Shown here: positions 1-13,645 of the stretch, in pieces | Numbering within the stretch: position 1 is the stretch's first letter | How the letters are laid out: every line of letters starts with the position of its first letter | Source: Ranitomeya imitator | Taxonomy: Eukaryota | Assembly: GCF_032444005.1 (NCBI RefSeq) | Contig: NC_091289.1 | Location: 128,402,001 to 128,466,000, forward strand | Reading direction: 5' to 3' | DNA length: 64,000 nt | Made by a program: the position numbers and the translations under genes | Notes under the pieces: generated by a model | The model's input: only the letters and a program-made list of their open reading frames with translations | What the model was told of the DNA's origin: nothing | The model's database searches: none

Positions 1-3000
1 TTCTGTCATGTGCTGCTGCCATTCTGCGCCCCCGTTCTGTCATGTGCTGCTGCCATCCTGCGCCCCCGTTCTGTCATATGCTGCTCCCATCCTGCGCCCC
101 TGTTCTGTAATGTGCTGCTCCCATCCTGCGCCCGTTCTGTCAGGTGCTGCTGCCATCCTGCGCCCCCGTTCTGTCATGTGCTGCTCCCATCCTGCGCCCG
201 TTCTGTCATGTGCTGCTACCATCCTGTGCCCCCGTTCTGTCATGTGATGCTCCCATCTTGCGCCCCCATTCTGTCATGTGCTGCTCCCATCCTGCGCCCC
301 TGTTCTGTCATGTGCTGCTCCCATCCTGCGCTCCTGTTCTGTCATGTGCTGCTCCCATCCTGCGCCCATTCTGTCATGTGCTGCTGCCATCCTGCGCCCC
401 CGTTCTGTCATGTGCTGCTCCCTTCCTGCGCCCCCGTTCTGTCATGTGCTGCTGCCATCCTGCTCCCCCGTTCTGTCATGTGCTGCTCCCATCCTGCGCC
501 CCTGTTCTGTCATGTGCTGCTCCCATCCTGCGCCCGTTCTGTCATGTGCTGCTGCCATCCTGTGCCCCCGTTCTGTCATGTGCTGCTTTCATCTTGCGCC
601 CCCATTCTGTCATGTGCTGCTCCCATCCTGCGCCCCTGTTCTGTCATGTGCTGCCCCCATCTTGCGCCCCCATTCTGTCATGTGCTGCTGCCATCCTGCG
701 CCCCCGTTCTGTCATGTGCTGCTACCATCCTGCGCCCGTTCTGTCATGTGCTGCTGCCATCCTGCGCCCATTCTGTCATGTGCTGCTCCCATCCTGCGCC
801 CCGTTCTGTCATGTGCTGCTACCATCCTGCGCCCGTTCTGTCATGTGCTGCTGCCATCCTGCGCCCATTCTGTCATGTGCTGCTCCCATCCTGCGCCCGT
901 TTTGTCATGTGCTGCTCCCATCCTGCGCCCGTTTTGTCATGTGCTGCTGCCATCGTGTGCCCGTTCTGTCATGTGCTTTTCCCATCCTGCGCCCCTGTTC
1001 TGTAATGTGCTGCTCCCATCCTGCGCCCGTTCTGTCATGTGCTGCTGCCATCCTGCGCCCCCGTTCTGTCATGTGCTGCTCCCATCCTGCGCCCGTTCTG
1101 TCATGTGCTGCTACCATCCTGTGCCCCCGTTCTGTCATGTGATGCTCCCATCTTGCGCCCCCATTCTGTCATGTGCTGCTCCCATCCTGCGCCCCTGTTC
1201 TGTCATGTGCTGCTCCCATCCTGCGCTCCTGTTCTGTCATGTGCTGCTCCCATCCTGCGCCCATTCTGTCATGTGCTGCTGCCATCCTGCGCCCCCGTTC
1301 TCTCATGTGCTGCTCCCTTCCTGCGCCCCCGTTCTGTCATGTGCTGCTGCCATCCTGCTCCCCCGTTCTGTCATGTGCTGCTCCCATCCTGCGCCCCTGT
1401 TCTGTCATGTGCTGCTCCCATCCTGCGCCCATTCTGTCATGTGCTGCTGCCATCCTGTGCCCCCGTTCTGTCATGTGCTGCTTTCATCTTGCGCCCCCAT
1501 TCTGTCATGTGCTGCTCCCATCCTGCGCCCCTGTTCTGTCATGTGCTGCCCCCATCTTGCGCCCCCATTCTGTCATGTGCTGCTGCCATCCTGCGCCCCC
1601 GTTCTGTCATGTGCTGCTACCATCCTGCGCCCGTTCTGTCATGTGCTGCTGCCATCCTGCGCCCATTCTGTCATGTGCTGCTCCCATCCTGCGCCCCGTT
1701 CTGTCATGTGCTGCTACCATCCTGCGCCCGTTCTGTCATGTGCTGCTGCCATCCTGCGCCCATTCTGTCATGTGCTGCTCCCATCCTGCGCCCGTTTTGT
1801 CATGTGCTGCTCCCATCCTGCGCCCGTTTTGTCATGTGCTGCTGCCATCGTGTGCCCGTTCTGTCATGTGCTTTTCCCATCCTGCGCCCCCGTTCTGTCA
1901 TGTGCTGCTCCCATCCTGTGCCCCCGTTCTTTCATGTGCTGCTCCCATCCTGCGCCCCTGTTCTGTCATGTGCTGCTCCCATCCTGCGCCCGTTCTGTCA
2001 TGTGCTGCTGCCATCCTGCGCCCCCGTTCTGTCATGTGCTGCTGCCATCCTGCGCCCCCGTTCTGTCATATGCTGCTCCCATCCTGCGCCCCTGTTCTGT
2101 AATGTGCTGCTCCCATCCTGCGCCCGTTCTGTCATGTGCTGCTGCCATCCTGCGCCCCCGTTCTGTCATGTGCTGCTCCCATCCTGCGCCCGTTCTGTCA
2201 TGTGCTGCTACCATCCTGTGCCCCCGTTCTGTCATGTGATGCTCCCATCTTGCGCCCCCATTCTGTCATGTGCTGCTCCCATCCTGCGCCCCTGTTCTGT
2301 CATGTGCTGCTCCCATCCTGCGCTCCTGTTCTGTCATGTGCTGCTCCCATGCTGCGCCCATTCTGTCATGTGCTGCTGCCATCCTGCGCCCCCGTTCTGT
2401 CATGTGCTGCTCCCTTCCTGCGCCCCCGTTCTGTCATGTGCTGCTGCCATCCTGCTCCCCCGTTCTGTCATGTGCTGCTCCCATCCTGCGCCCCCGTTCT
2501 GTCATGTGCTGCTCCCTTCCTGCGCCCCCGTTCTGTCATGTGCTGCTGCCATCCTGCTCCCCCGTTCTGTCATGTGCTGCTCCCATCCTGCGCCCCTGTT
2601 CTGTCATGTGCTGCTCCCATCCTGCGCCCGTTCTGTCATGTGCTGCTGCCATTCTGTGCCCCCGTTCTGTCATGTGCTGCTATCATCTTGCGCCCCCATT
2701 CTGTCATGTGCTGCTCCCATCCTGCGCCCCTGTTCTGTCATGTGCTGCCCCCATCTTACGCCCCCATTCTGTCATGTGCTGCTGCCATCCTGCGCCCCCA
2801 TTCTGTCATGTGCTGCTCCCATCCTGCGCCCCTGTTCTGTCATGTGCTGCCCCCATCTTACGCCCCCATTCTGTCATGTGCTGCTACCATCCTGCGCCCG
2901 TTCTGTCATGTGCTGCTGCCATCCTGCGCCCATTCTGTCATGTGCTGCTCCCATCCTGCGCCCCCGTTCTGTCATGTGCTGCTACCATCCTGCGCCCGTT

Positions 3001-3128
3001 CTGTCATGTGCTGCTGCCATCCTGCGCCCATTCTGTCATGTGCTGCTGCCATCCTGCGCCCGTTCTGTCATGTGCTGCTGCCATCCTGCGCCCCCGTTCT
3101 GTCATGTGCTGCTCCCATCCTGCGCCAC
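1..3128 (+). repeat. Minisatellite, ~32-34 bp unit (TTCTGTCATGTGCTGCTCCCATCCTGCGCCCC(G/T)), with higher-order blocks
   Basis: The unit is reiterated from base 1. The rare variant GTGATGCTCCC recurs at 244, 1139 and 2236 (spacing 895 and 1097 bp). The long Cys/Pro/Leu ORFs are by-products of a stop-free unit. Confidence 0.97.
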
Positions 3129-3624
3129 CATTGTATTATATGCCCCCCATAAGATGCTCCATTATATATGCCCCGTATGCTGCTGCCATATATAAAAAAA
3201 AAATACCATACTCACCTATCGTCGCTGGGCGCCGAGTGCTGGGGGCCTGAGCAGGCGGGGACACCGGCGCGCTGTGGGGGTCAGGTGCCGGGGTCACCGG
3301 TAGCTCAGGCCCCCAGCACTTGCTATACTCACCTGTCTGTCCTGTTCCAGCGCAGCGCGTCATCGCGCCCTCTGAACTGGGAACGTCACAGCAGAGGACC
3401 CGGGAGACGGAGCCGCACGCAGCACTGGAATGGGGGACAGGTGAATATACTTACCCTCCTGGCGGTCCCTGACTCTCCGGTGGAGATCGCGGTGTGCGTT
3501 CAGTGTTTACGCATACCGCGATCTCCTGGGAGCGTCACTCTGTGAGGCCCAAACTGCGCTGGCGCTTGCGCTTGCGCAGTCTATAAAGGCTTCGGACAGA
3601 GTGACGCTCCCAGCGTTATATTAT

Positions 3625-3650
3625 AGATATATATATATATATGTCTCAGT

Positions 3651-3697
<47 letters not shown>

Positions 3698-3716
3698 CAT
3701 ATATATACTGTATATA
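3625..3716. repeat. (TA)n microsatellite
   Basis: Interrupted TA run seen directly. Confidence 0.95.
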
Positions 3717-6700
3717 TGTTTTCAGGAATATTTGAGCCCATGGATCCATTGTATGTCCGTTTTGCAAGTCGGCGAGAAAATCTCGCTGTACGGATGCCAT
3801 ACGGATTACATACGGAGGATGACATGTGTAAAATACGCTGCCACACCCTGCCTACGGATGACATACGGATCACTATTTTGGGAACATTTCTGCGTATTAC
3901 GCATGTAGAATACGGACCGTATTTCCCTACGCTGAGTGTGACTCCGGCCTTAAGTCACCTCAAAACTATCTTCCTTTCTGCTCCTAACACACAGTTTCAC
4001 GTTGTGCAGCCCGCCGCTCTCATGGGGGCTCCGTCATGTCTCATAGGAGCTATACTGAAGGTTTCTGCAATCACTGCACTGATGACAGCTTTCTTTGCAG
4101 CTGCATGTCTCATGAAAGGCTTCTATGGTTTTCCTTTGCAGAATTGGAGCCTTTGCACCCCCATTGTAGCAGGAATCAAGGAGCTGTCCACTAGTCCGCC
4201 CTTGTGAATAGTCCAAGTGTGCTGAATAAAAAAAAGCCTACTTACCTCCTATAGCAGTGCCGCTCCTCCATTGTGAGCACTTTGTTCCCTGTGATCTTGT
4301 GACATTTTTACGTCAGCTGTCACAAATTGCCTGCAGCATCCATGGTTCTGTCAGACTGCACTGCAGGCCTCCGTGCTGACGAGACGTAACAATGTCACTC
4401 ACAGCACCACCAGGGGACACACTGCTCACTGCACAGCAGTTCGGGTACGGAAGGTAAGTATGTCTATTTTAATTTGTTCATCAAACTGAGGGCGATCAAA
4501 AGGGTCTGTCCAGTAGTGTAATACCCCTCTAAGCATTCTCACTCAGTCATCTGGGTAGATTTTTTCCTCACCTAAGTTAAATTTAAGATATCTACATCTG
4601 TACAGTAGCCCCAGAAGAAGAAAATAGTGCCGCGATGCAGGGATCAAGTAGCGAAATGCCACCAGTGTCTCCCCTAGTAAGGGCTGAGGCGGAAGCTCTG
4701 TGTAGTGCTGGAGGTCCATTCAGGCCCTTATCTCCTCACAAACCTTTCAGAGGGAGAGCTACATGTCATGTACACTTCTGTAATGGGCACTGGCCATCAT
4801 ACCCTGAATACTGCCTAAGTGGAAAGAGGCCAACAACCAGCAGTGTAGATCATGGCACCGCTGATTACCAGGAACGAGGCACAACATTCACTAACTGTGG
4901 CAATGACCAACAATTTGAGAACAGATCAAGAGTCATAAGCATCGGGTCAAAAAGCAGAAACTGCAACCTACCGCTTTCCAGTAGAGATGGGTGAACTCGA
5001 AAGGTGAAATTCAGGGTCTGTACCAGACTCCTATTGTCCATGCACGGATCCCGAACACGGACTTCTCCTGGAAGTCTGTGTTACTGTTTGGGTCCGGCAG
5101 CCCAAAGAAAGCTTGTGGAAAGTCTGCAGCACAGCCATTCAACAAGCTTTACTATGTGGGAACTTCTGATTCCATCACAGCTGTGTCAAGTATTGGTGAA
5201 TACACTCATCATCGTACGGCAGCTCTTGCTGCTAACAGCGAGACCAGGCATATGATCATCAGAGTAGTAACCTCTTCAGCTGACGCCTGTGACTGGCGGT
5301 AACCTTTTCACCACTGGTCGCAGCTGCTGGCTCAGACGCTATCATCTGTGTGACAGAGTGGGAACCGCAGCGCTGTGACCGGCGGTAACATGTAACATTA
5401 TCACCAATCCAAGCCGGTGTTTCTCGTGCTGTTTATAGATGACAGCGTGGGAAACACCAGATGTTTGGGTCCTCCATTCACTTTAATGGGGTGCAGGTTA
5501 CCTGCAGGGCAGGTAAAAAAGAAGTTCAGCAGGCATGAGATCTCTATAAATCATATCCACTTTGCTGGAACTGTAAGATGCAGCGTTTTTGACCCACAAC
5601 AAAAAAAATATATATACAGTGTTAAAAATGCACAAAAAACTCATTGTTGGAATGTAGATAATGCTGTGTGCCCACAAAGAGTTTTTGATGCTGCATATTT
5701 TTGTTGGGTCAAAAACGCAATGTCTTACAGTTTCAGGAAAGTGGATGGGATTTACCAAACCCTCATGCCCACTGCGCTTTTTTCACTCAGTGTAAATTGA
5801 CCTGCGGTTCGCGTTTCAGATCCACAACATGTCAATTTCTCTTGGGTACACCGAGTTTTCTGTCTGGATTTTCCCCATAGACTTGACATAGATGTGAAAA
5901 TTCTGCATGTAAAAAAACGCAAATGCGTTTTTAGTGTATATCTGTGGCGCAAATCCATAAAAAACTCATGTAATCCGCACCTAAGTATAGCAAAGTTTTA
6001 CCAAAGCCAAATACCAGGGAGTATCAAAAACAAAGCATCTTTATTTAAAGAATAACACCAACAAGAGACAAAAAAGCCAGGTAAAAAAAGACATTGATAA
6101 AAAAGCAAGTAAAAAAAAAGCAAGAAATTCTGCAACATCAAAAGCTCGCCAAAAGCTGACCGTGGCAATGTAACGACATGGGGAACTCCATTCAAAGGTG
6201 ATCTTTTTCTCTGGTGGGATATTATTATGGGGGAATGGTCTGCAGTTTCATATTAATATTCATGGTTCTGGTTTATGGTATGAAAAAATGGTCCATCTTA
6301 TACATTTGGTAGAAGTGTGAACCTATCATGGCATATTGGAAAGGAAAGGAGAAGACGCAAATGGAGATGGATCTCCTAAAATCCCTTTGTCAGCTGAAAT
6401 ATTTGTCTTGTCCCTCCCTTTCTCATTCCTGGTCTGAACTGTGCTCTACCTCCCATGCTCCTTGCCTAGGTAACCAGCCACCGCTGATAGACTGCAAAGG
6501 TGGCTGATCACCAAGGCAACAAGCAGTAAACCATAAAATTAAAAAAAAAAAGTCCTATTTTCTTGAGAACAGGGGGATATCTGTGCAAGTACTTAGCAAA
6601 TTTATCCATTTAATAAGATGACACAAAGCACTTTACAGTACTGTACATGCAAATCTATGCGAACAGGGCCCAATTATTATCCCTATCCTCGGCATCTCCT

Positions 6701-8475
6701 CTTTGGTCCTAAGACTGCCTTGAAGTAAATGTAATAAATCTATAATTAACAGCGATTGTTTTCTGTGTAAACTTTTATAAGCAATGCTTTCTGCAATGAG
6801 TGCTCTTCTAGATATCTCCATGATAATTACATATCTGTTACTCCCTAGCTGCGCAGGATTGCAGAAAACATCTGTCAGCGAGAGACAGAATTATGCGAGG
6901 AACTGCATATTGATCCCAAAATCCGCCAGATCTGTTACCGAGTCAGGCGCGCGGCAGAGCGACAACTTCCACAGCTCACCACTGCCACCTGCCTGTAGAG
7001 TGCAGTACTGGTTGTCATAGAGAAAAATACATCACTTGTCACTGTAGTCTGTATTTAATGCAATAAAACAATGTAAAAAATTTGTGGGTTCTGACCGACT
7101 GGACTCTATGATAAGGAGAAATAGACTATTTAATTGTAGCACAAAGCTGTTCTTATCCATGGGGCTGCGTCTGGTGCTTCAGTTCAGACCCAGATCATGT
7201 CCATTCCCTTAAATAAGACTAAATTGTAGAATAATTTTCACTCACTTTGATCGAGAGCCGCACTACAAACACAGCTCAGGCACACAACACCGTGCCCACA
7301 ACACTCTGCAGCCAGCAAGTGGCTGATATACCTGTATGCGTACACAGACATAGGCTATAGTATAATTTATACTTTCTTATAGGGAAACTATCATCAGAAA
7401 TGGACCTATTGTTCAAATCTGGGTTTTGCATCACATGCGTTTTTAAAAATAATTTGGCAATGTTTAAAATTTTTCCATATCGTGGTTTTAATTTTAATAA
7501 AAATAGTAATCTTGCAGCTTCCACAGTGGCCCCTGGGGCTTTTTTTAGACTCATTTTTTATGGTCTTTCAGGAAGTGTTTTCAGCAGGCTCCTTATCATC
7601 AGAGGCAGGATTACAATGACGGGAAACAGTTCTATGCACAGCTGCTAATACAGGATCCAACAATCGCAATAGGTGAGATCACAGCTGACCCTGCTCCCTG
7701 CGCTCCTTCACAGTGGTCTTTGCACACTCTCATTAGACGCTTCAGTATGAAAGATATTGTCAAAATCTGTTCACTGCTGCTAATGTACAAGTGAAGTGTA
7801 GAAAAGCCGCAATTAGAAAATTGCAAGATTTCTAATTTCTAATTGTTATTTTGATAAAGATTTGTTATGGAAAATTGCCAAAAATGTTTCCAACGTACAT
7901 CAAAAACAAAAACCTAATGTAAAAATGTAATTTTCTGATTGCACATTTCCTTAATTTCTGTTATTAAAGAGCCTTCACCCATTACTGTAAGCAGGGCCGG
8001 ACTGGGACTAAAATTCAGCCCTGGCATTTGAAGTTACACAGGCCCACTTGTCACATGGTGACCGTATAATATCTTTGTAAACTTGTAGGCAGGGCCGGTT
8101 TTAGGCAAAGTGGGGCCCTAGGCAAAGTTTAAAATGGGGCCCCAAATGCTAGCATATTGCACATCACACAAAAGCATTTCGGTTGTATTTACAAGCGCTG
8201 AGTTCAGGCCGCTAAATTAGTTTGATCGACAATACTGAAGCTGTTCAACGCTTGTTTCCCGGCCTCTTTCCACCAGCTGAGGAATAATTATGGGACAGAA
8301 CGATCACTAATAGATCACTAACAGATCACCATACAGTATCATGTTATCAGCAGCACATCTACAGTTTACACCGGCGATGTGCTGCTGAGAACAATGATTT
8401 TTGTTCCAGCAAAAAAAATCTGAATATGCATAATTTTACTTGTTTAGTAAAATACACCCCATAGTCCTCCATATA

Positions 8476-10116
8476 CAGTTAGGTCCATATATATTTGGAC
8501 AGAGACAACATTTTTCTAATTTAGGTTATAGACATTACCCCAATGAAATTTAAACAAAACAATTCAGATGCAGTTGAAGTTCAGACTTTCAGCTTTCATT
8601 TGAGGGTATCCACATTAAAATTAGATGAAGGGTTTGGGAGTTTCAGCTCCTTAACATGTGCCATACTGTTTTTAAAGGGACCAAAAGTAATTGGACAATT
8701 GATTCCAAGGCTATTTCATGGACACGTGTGGGCACTGCCTTTATTATTTCATTCTCAATTAAGCAGATAAAAGGCCTGGAGTTGATTTGAGGTGTGGTGC
8801 TTGCATTTGGAAGGTTTTGCTGTGAAGTAAACATGAGGTCAAAGGAGCTCTCCATGCAGGTGAAACAAGCCATCCTTAAGCTGCAAAAACAGAAAAAACC
8901 CATCCGAGAAATTGCTACAATATTAGGAGTGACAAAATCTACAGTTTGGTACATCCTGAGAAAGAAAGAAAGCACTGGTGAACTCATCAATGCAAAAAGA
9001 CCTGGGCGCCACGGAAGACAACAGTGGTGGATGATCGCAGAATAATCTCCATGGTGAAAAGAAACCCCTTCACAACAGCCAACCAAGTGACCAACACTCT
9101 CCAGGAGGTCGGCGTATCAATATCCAAATCTACCATAAAGAGAAGACTGCATGAAAGTAAATACAGAGGGTTCACTGCACGGTGCAAGCCACTCATAAGC
9201 ATCAAGAATAAAAAGGCTAGACTGGACTTTGCTAAAAAACATCTAAAAAAGCCAGCACAGTTCTGGAAGAACATTCTTTGGACAGATGAAACCAAGATCA
9301 ACCTTTACCAGAATGATGGAAAGAGAAAAGTATGGCGAAGGTGTGGTACAGCTCATGATCCAAAGCATACCACATCATCTGTAAAACACGGCGGAGGCAG
9401 TGTGATGGCTTGGGCATGCATGGCTGCCGGTGGCACTGGGTCACTAGTGTTTATTGATGATGTGACACAGGACAGAAGCAGCTGAATGAATTCTGAGGTA
9501 TTCAGAGCCATACTGTGTGCTCAGATCCAGCCAAATGCAGCCAAACTGACTGGTTTCACACTACAGATGGACAATGACCCAAAACATAAAGCCAAAGCAA
9601 CCCAGGAGTTTATCAAAGCAAAGAAGTGGAATTTTCTTGAATGGCCAAGTCAGTCACCTGATCTCACCCCAATTGAGCATGCATTTCACTTGTTAAAGAC
9701 TAAACTTCAGAGAGAAAGGCCCACAAACAAACAGCAACTGAAAACCACCGCAGTGAAGGCATGGCAGATCATCAAAAAGGAGGAAACACAGCATCTGGTG
9801 ATGTCCATGAGTTCAAGACTTCAGGCAGTCATTGCCAACAAAGGGTTTTCAACTAAGTACTAGAAATGAACATTTTATTTAAAATTATTGAATCTGTCCA
9901 ATTACTTTTGGTCCCTTTTAAAACAGGGTGGCACATGTTAAGGAGCTGAAACTCCTAAACCCGTCATTCAATTTTAATTTGGATACCCTCAAATGAAAGC
10001 TAAAAGTCTAAACTTCAACTGCATCTGAATTGTTTTGTTTAAAACTCATTGTGGTGATGTCTATAACCAAAATTAGAAAAATGTTGTCTCTGTCCAAATA
10101 TATATGGACCTAACTG
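8476..10116 (+). mobile_element. Full-length Tc1 transposon (1641 bp), defective
   Basis: Long TIRs (CAGTTAGGTCCATATATATTTGGACAGAGAC... and its reverse complement, ~235 bp), TA TSD, internal transposase. Confidence 0.96.
8833..9863 (+). pseudogene. Tc1 DD34E transposase pseudogene
   Basis: MRSKELS... start; WTDETK, QMDNDPKH and [12 protein letters not shown] motifs. Frameshift near 9010-9025 and in-frame TGA at 9483-9485. Confidence 0.95.
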
Positions 10117-10118
10117 TA

Positions 10119-11201
10119 TTATAATGTGCACCACAGTCCTCCATATAGTATAATACACTCATCATAGTTCTTCATATATTAAAATACACTGCTCAGTCCT
10201 CCATATAGCATAATACACTCCTCATAGTGCTCCATATAGTATAATGCACCACCATAGTCATCCATGTAGTACAATTCACTTCCCATAGTATAAGGCACGC
10301 CATAGTTCTTCATACAGTATAACGTATTCCCCATAGTGCTCGATACAGTATAATGCAGCCCATATATAGTATAATGCAGCCACCACCCTACAGAATACAA
10401 TGCAGCCACCCCAGAGTATAATGCAGCCACCCCATAGAATGTAATGCAACCCCCTCAGAGTATGATGCAATCACCCCTCAAAGAATATAAATATAATACA
10501 GCTCCCCATAGAATACAATGTAGCCCTAAATAGAATATAATACAGCCCACCTCCCCATAATATATAATGTAGCCCCCATAGAATATAATGCAGCCCCCCA
10601 TAGTATATAACACAGCCTCCCCCATAGAATATAATATACCCTCACAATAGTATATAACACAGCCACATAGTATATAACACGACCTCCCCATAGAATATAA
10701 TATACCCCCTTAGTATATAGCAAAGCCCGCATAGTATGTAGCAAAACCCGCAGAGTATATAGCACAACCCGCATAGCAGATAACACGGCCCAAGTAGTAG
10801 TATACAGCACAGCCCATGCAGTAGTATACAGCACAGCCCACACAGTAGTATACAGCACAGCCCACGTAGCAGTATACAGCACAGCCCACGTAGCAGTATA
10901 CAGCACAGCCCACAGAGCAGTATACAGCACAACCCACGTAGCAGTGTACAGCACAGCCCATGTCGTAGTATACAGCACAGCCCATGTAGCAGTATACAGC
11001 ACAGCCCACATAGCAGTATACAGCACAGCCCACGTAGCAGTATACAGCACAGCCCACGTAGCAGTATACAGCACAGCCCACATCGTAGTATACGGCACAG
11101 CCCACGTAGCAGTATACAGCACAGCCCACGTAGCAGTATACAGCACAGCCCACATAGCAGTATACAGCACAGCCCATGTACCAGTGTGCAGCACAGCCCA
11201 C
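10119..11201 (+). repeat. Graded minisatellites inside the hAT element, ending in a 24-bp array (GTAGCAGTATACAGCACAGCCCAC)
   Basis: Degenerate CCCATAG(A/T)ATATAATGCAGCC-type units grade into a homogeneous 24-bp unit at ~10795-11201, which gives the 8-aa TATWAVLY pseudo-ORF repeat. Confidence 0.93.
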
Positions 11202-13645
11202 ACTCCTCACCTCTCCTCGTGCCCATGTTGCTCCCTGCTCCTGTCTCGGCGGCTGCCGCTACACTGCCTGGCACACAGTGAGTGTGCGCGCACCCGCAGT
11301 GTCAGAGGCAGAACAGGGAATGATTTGAGAGGGAGCGTCAGGAGACGCTCTCTTCTCCATCATTGCGTTCAACTGTACCGGCGTCATGGACGCCGGTATA
11401 GTTGAATGCGGCGGCGGTGCTGGTGGGGGGGGGTGAGTCGGCATGCAGCAGCCCACTACTGGCACCGGCCCTTCTGGCATTTGCCAGAAGTGCCCGATGG
11501 CCAGTCCGGTCCTGACTGTAAGCAAATCGGTCACAACCAACTAGAAAAAAAGAGTGATGGCATAAATATAGGTGATCACTGGCAATTTTCGGAAGACCCT
11601 TCAAGTTGGCTTGATTCCTTATTTTGACTAATGTATCTACTGTGAGATGAAACATATCATGTAGATAAATGTAGCAACAGATGTCTACCTTCCATCTTTT
11701 AGGCGATGTTCACACACAGTGTCTCAGCATCATTTTTTTAGTAAATAAGAAGCTGGTTTTCACAGTACCAGCATTAGCTGGGAAATTTCAGGAATATCAT
11801 GCACTCACACTTGTTTTTGTCCCTGATTGAATTTGAGATCTGCAGCGTGTCAATTTTTTCAGCATTTTTTCAGCATTTTATCAATGGGAAAGTGCAAAAC
11901 TGCTGCAATAAATGAACAACACAAGTTTTGCTGCATTTTTGGTGAACACAACAAACTGTATAAACATGCGCTGTAGGAAAATTACACGTGTTATCTGCAC
12001 ACAAAAACACAGCTAAAAAGATGTTGCAAAAAGCAATATTGTTACTGCCAAGAGAGCAGGTTTTGCAAAACAAAGGCTGCAAAAATTTTGCATGTGAACA
12101 CAGTCATACTCCATCCCTCGCAATGAAAAAAGTAATTCAATACAACCTGATCATGTGTGTTTATAGCAGAATCTGATACCATAATGAGCAGCTATTGAAA
12201 GTGGTTATCTTATCCAGGTATATTATTTTTTTCCATGGGCTTAAGGACTTGTTAAGAATTGTTCTGCTTGCCGCCGGCTTGTAGCGATCACCAACTGCTC
12301 GTACCACAGATTCTGTGATGTCACGTTGACAGAGCAACTTCTTCTCTTCTCCTGTGTTCTGTTGGAAGGTGGCTACTCCAGATGTCATGCTGATTGACAG
12401 CTAGCTCCCTGCCTTCTTACTGCGGGGAGCCACATGCTGCATTGACAGAGAAATCAAGAAGAGGAAAATCTGCTCTGTTGATGTGAGGTCAAATGAAGCA
12501 GTAGAATCACCGGTCCGTGGCCACTCTGAGCTGGCACTGGGCAGAACAGGCTTGTAGTTGGCAACTATCAGTTCTTAGCCCCATGAGAAAGAAGTAAGAT
12601 AGTCCCAGATAACCCCAATAATCTGTACGGTCAAGTTTAACTGACAAACTCAACAACGCTACGACTAAAGTATATGCTTTGGCAAATAAAATGAAATGTA
12701 AAAATGTTGTCTTTCATGTGTACATAGGATGTGAGTGGAGACCCTTGATAAACTATGCATACATTGGAGCATAATATGAAGTGTCAGAGCAGTTAATGTG
12801 GGTTGTGCATACTCGATGCGACCAGCTAATCAGAAATCCAATTACCCTCTTACATACCATTAAAGAGGTTGAGATGTGTATGTGTGTCTGCCAGTGTGTG
12901 TGCGCTAACCTTCACATTGTCTAGTGATCCTGCATCAATACCCGTCAGGTATAATTCCTACAGCGCTCAGTTCTGTAGCTTCTTGCTCGGCTCCCAGAGA
13001 CATAAATCTCCGACTATATCCATCACCTTGTACAGATTTGCCGAAAAAGCAATTATTTCAATTTCAGCAAAAATATATAAATAAAAAGTTATTCATCAAT
13101 GCAGAACTTTTAAGTAGATTGTAATTATTAAAGTCGGCGCCTCGGAAAGAGGAACAAAACTCATCAATATTCTAGACCTGTGTACGAACAGGAAAAAACA
13201 GGGATTTTATTGTGATCATATTTTGGATTTATTACTGCCAGCGAATGCAAAGAAGACAAGTAATCAGGAGGCGTGAGACTAATATTACTGTGATACTGAC
13301 AGACAGCGCTCCGAACGCAGGCTGAATGAGCAGTTAGATGAAGTGAAGACACTTAAAACTTCAGAAGCTGACGCATAAATATCCATAAGATCAGCATGGC
13401 GTACCTTGGAAGCTGCATTATTACCAGATCTTAGTTCTTCTTGAACCTTGATTCTCCATACAGAACCGGGATTTGTGTTGTTTCTGGTGCAGTTTCACAA
13501 AACAATAAAACTAAACATATAGAAGCAATTAAATAGGAGCAACAAGAAAACGGGAAATATCAGAGCGCTGCTGAAGCCATGAAATGGAAACTGAGATGCC
13601 TTACAAAGTGCAAATGCAGGGCAAGAAGACCCAAAGTTCCTCTAA

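Larger units (their letters stand above)
1..3949 (-). mobile_element. Terminus of a PIF/Harbinger-like non-autonomous element carrying the satellite (other end outside window)
   Basis: 3716-3949 is the reverse complement of the left ~280 bp of the 17657-19832 element. It ends GAGTGTGACTCCGGCC followed by TTA. Confidence 0.75.
7992..11514 (+). mobile_element. hAT-superfamily non-autonomous element (contains nested Tc1 and minisatellites)
   Basis: TIR CAGGGCCGGACTGG / CCAGTCCGGTCCTG. Perfect 8-bp TSD ACTGTAAG at 7984-7991 and 11515-11522. Confidence 0.92.

Noticed and set aside
8-3250. Long Cys/Pro/Leu-rich ORFs (up to 718 aa)
   Set aside because: Translations of a stop-free minisatellite in all three frames; no domain or splice context.
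10526-11405. TATWAVLY / YSTAHVAV repeat ORFs
   Set aside because: Products of the 24-bp tandem repeat inside a hAT element.
13405-13483. Possible minus-strand internal exon (NNTNPGSVWRIKVQEELRSGNNAASK) with AG/GT ends
   Set aside because: Weak polypyrimidine tract, phase incompatible with direct joining to the phase-0 first exon, and an unrecognised peptide.
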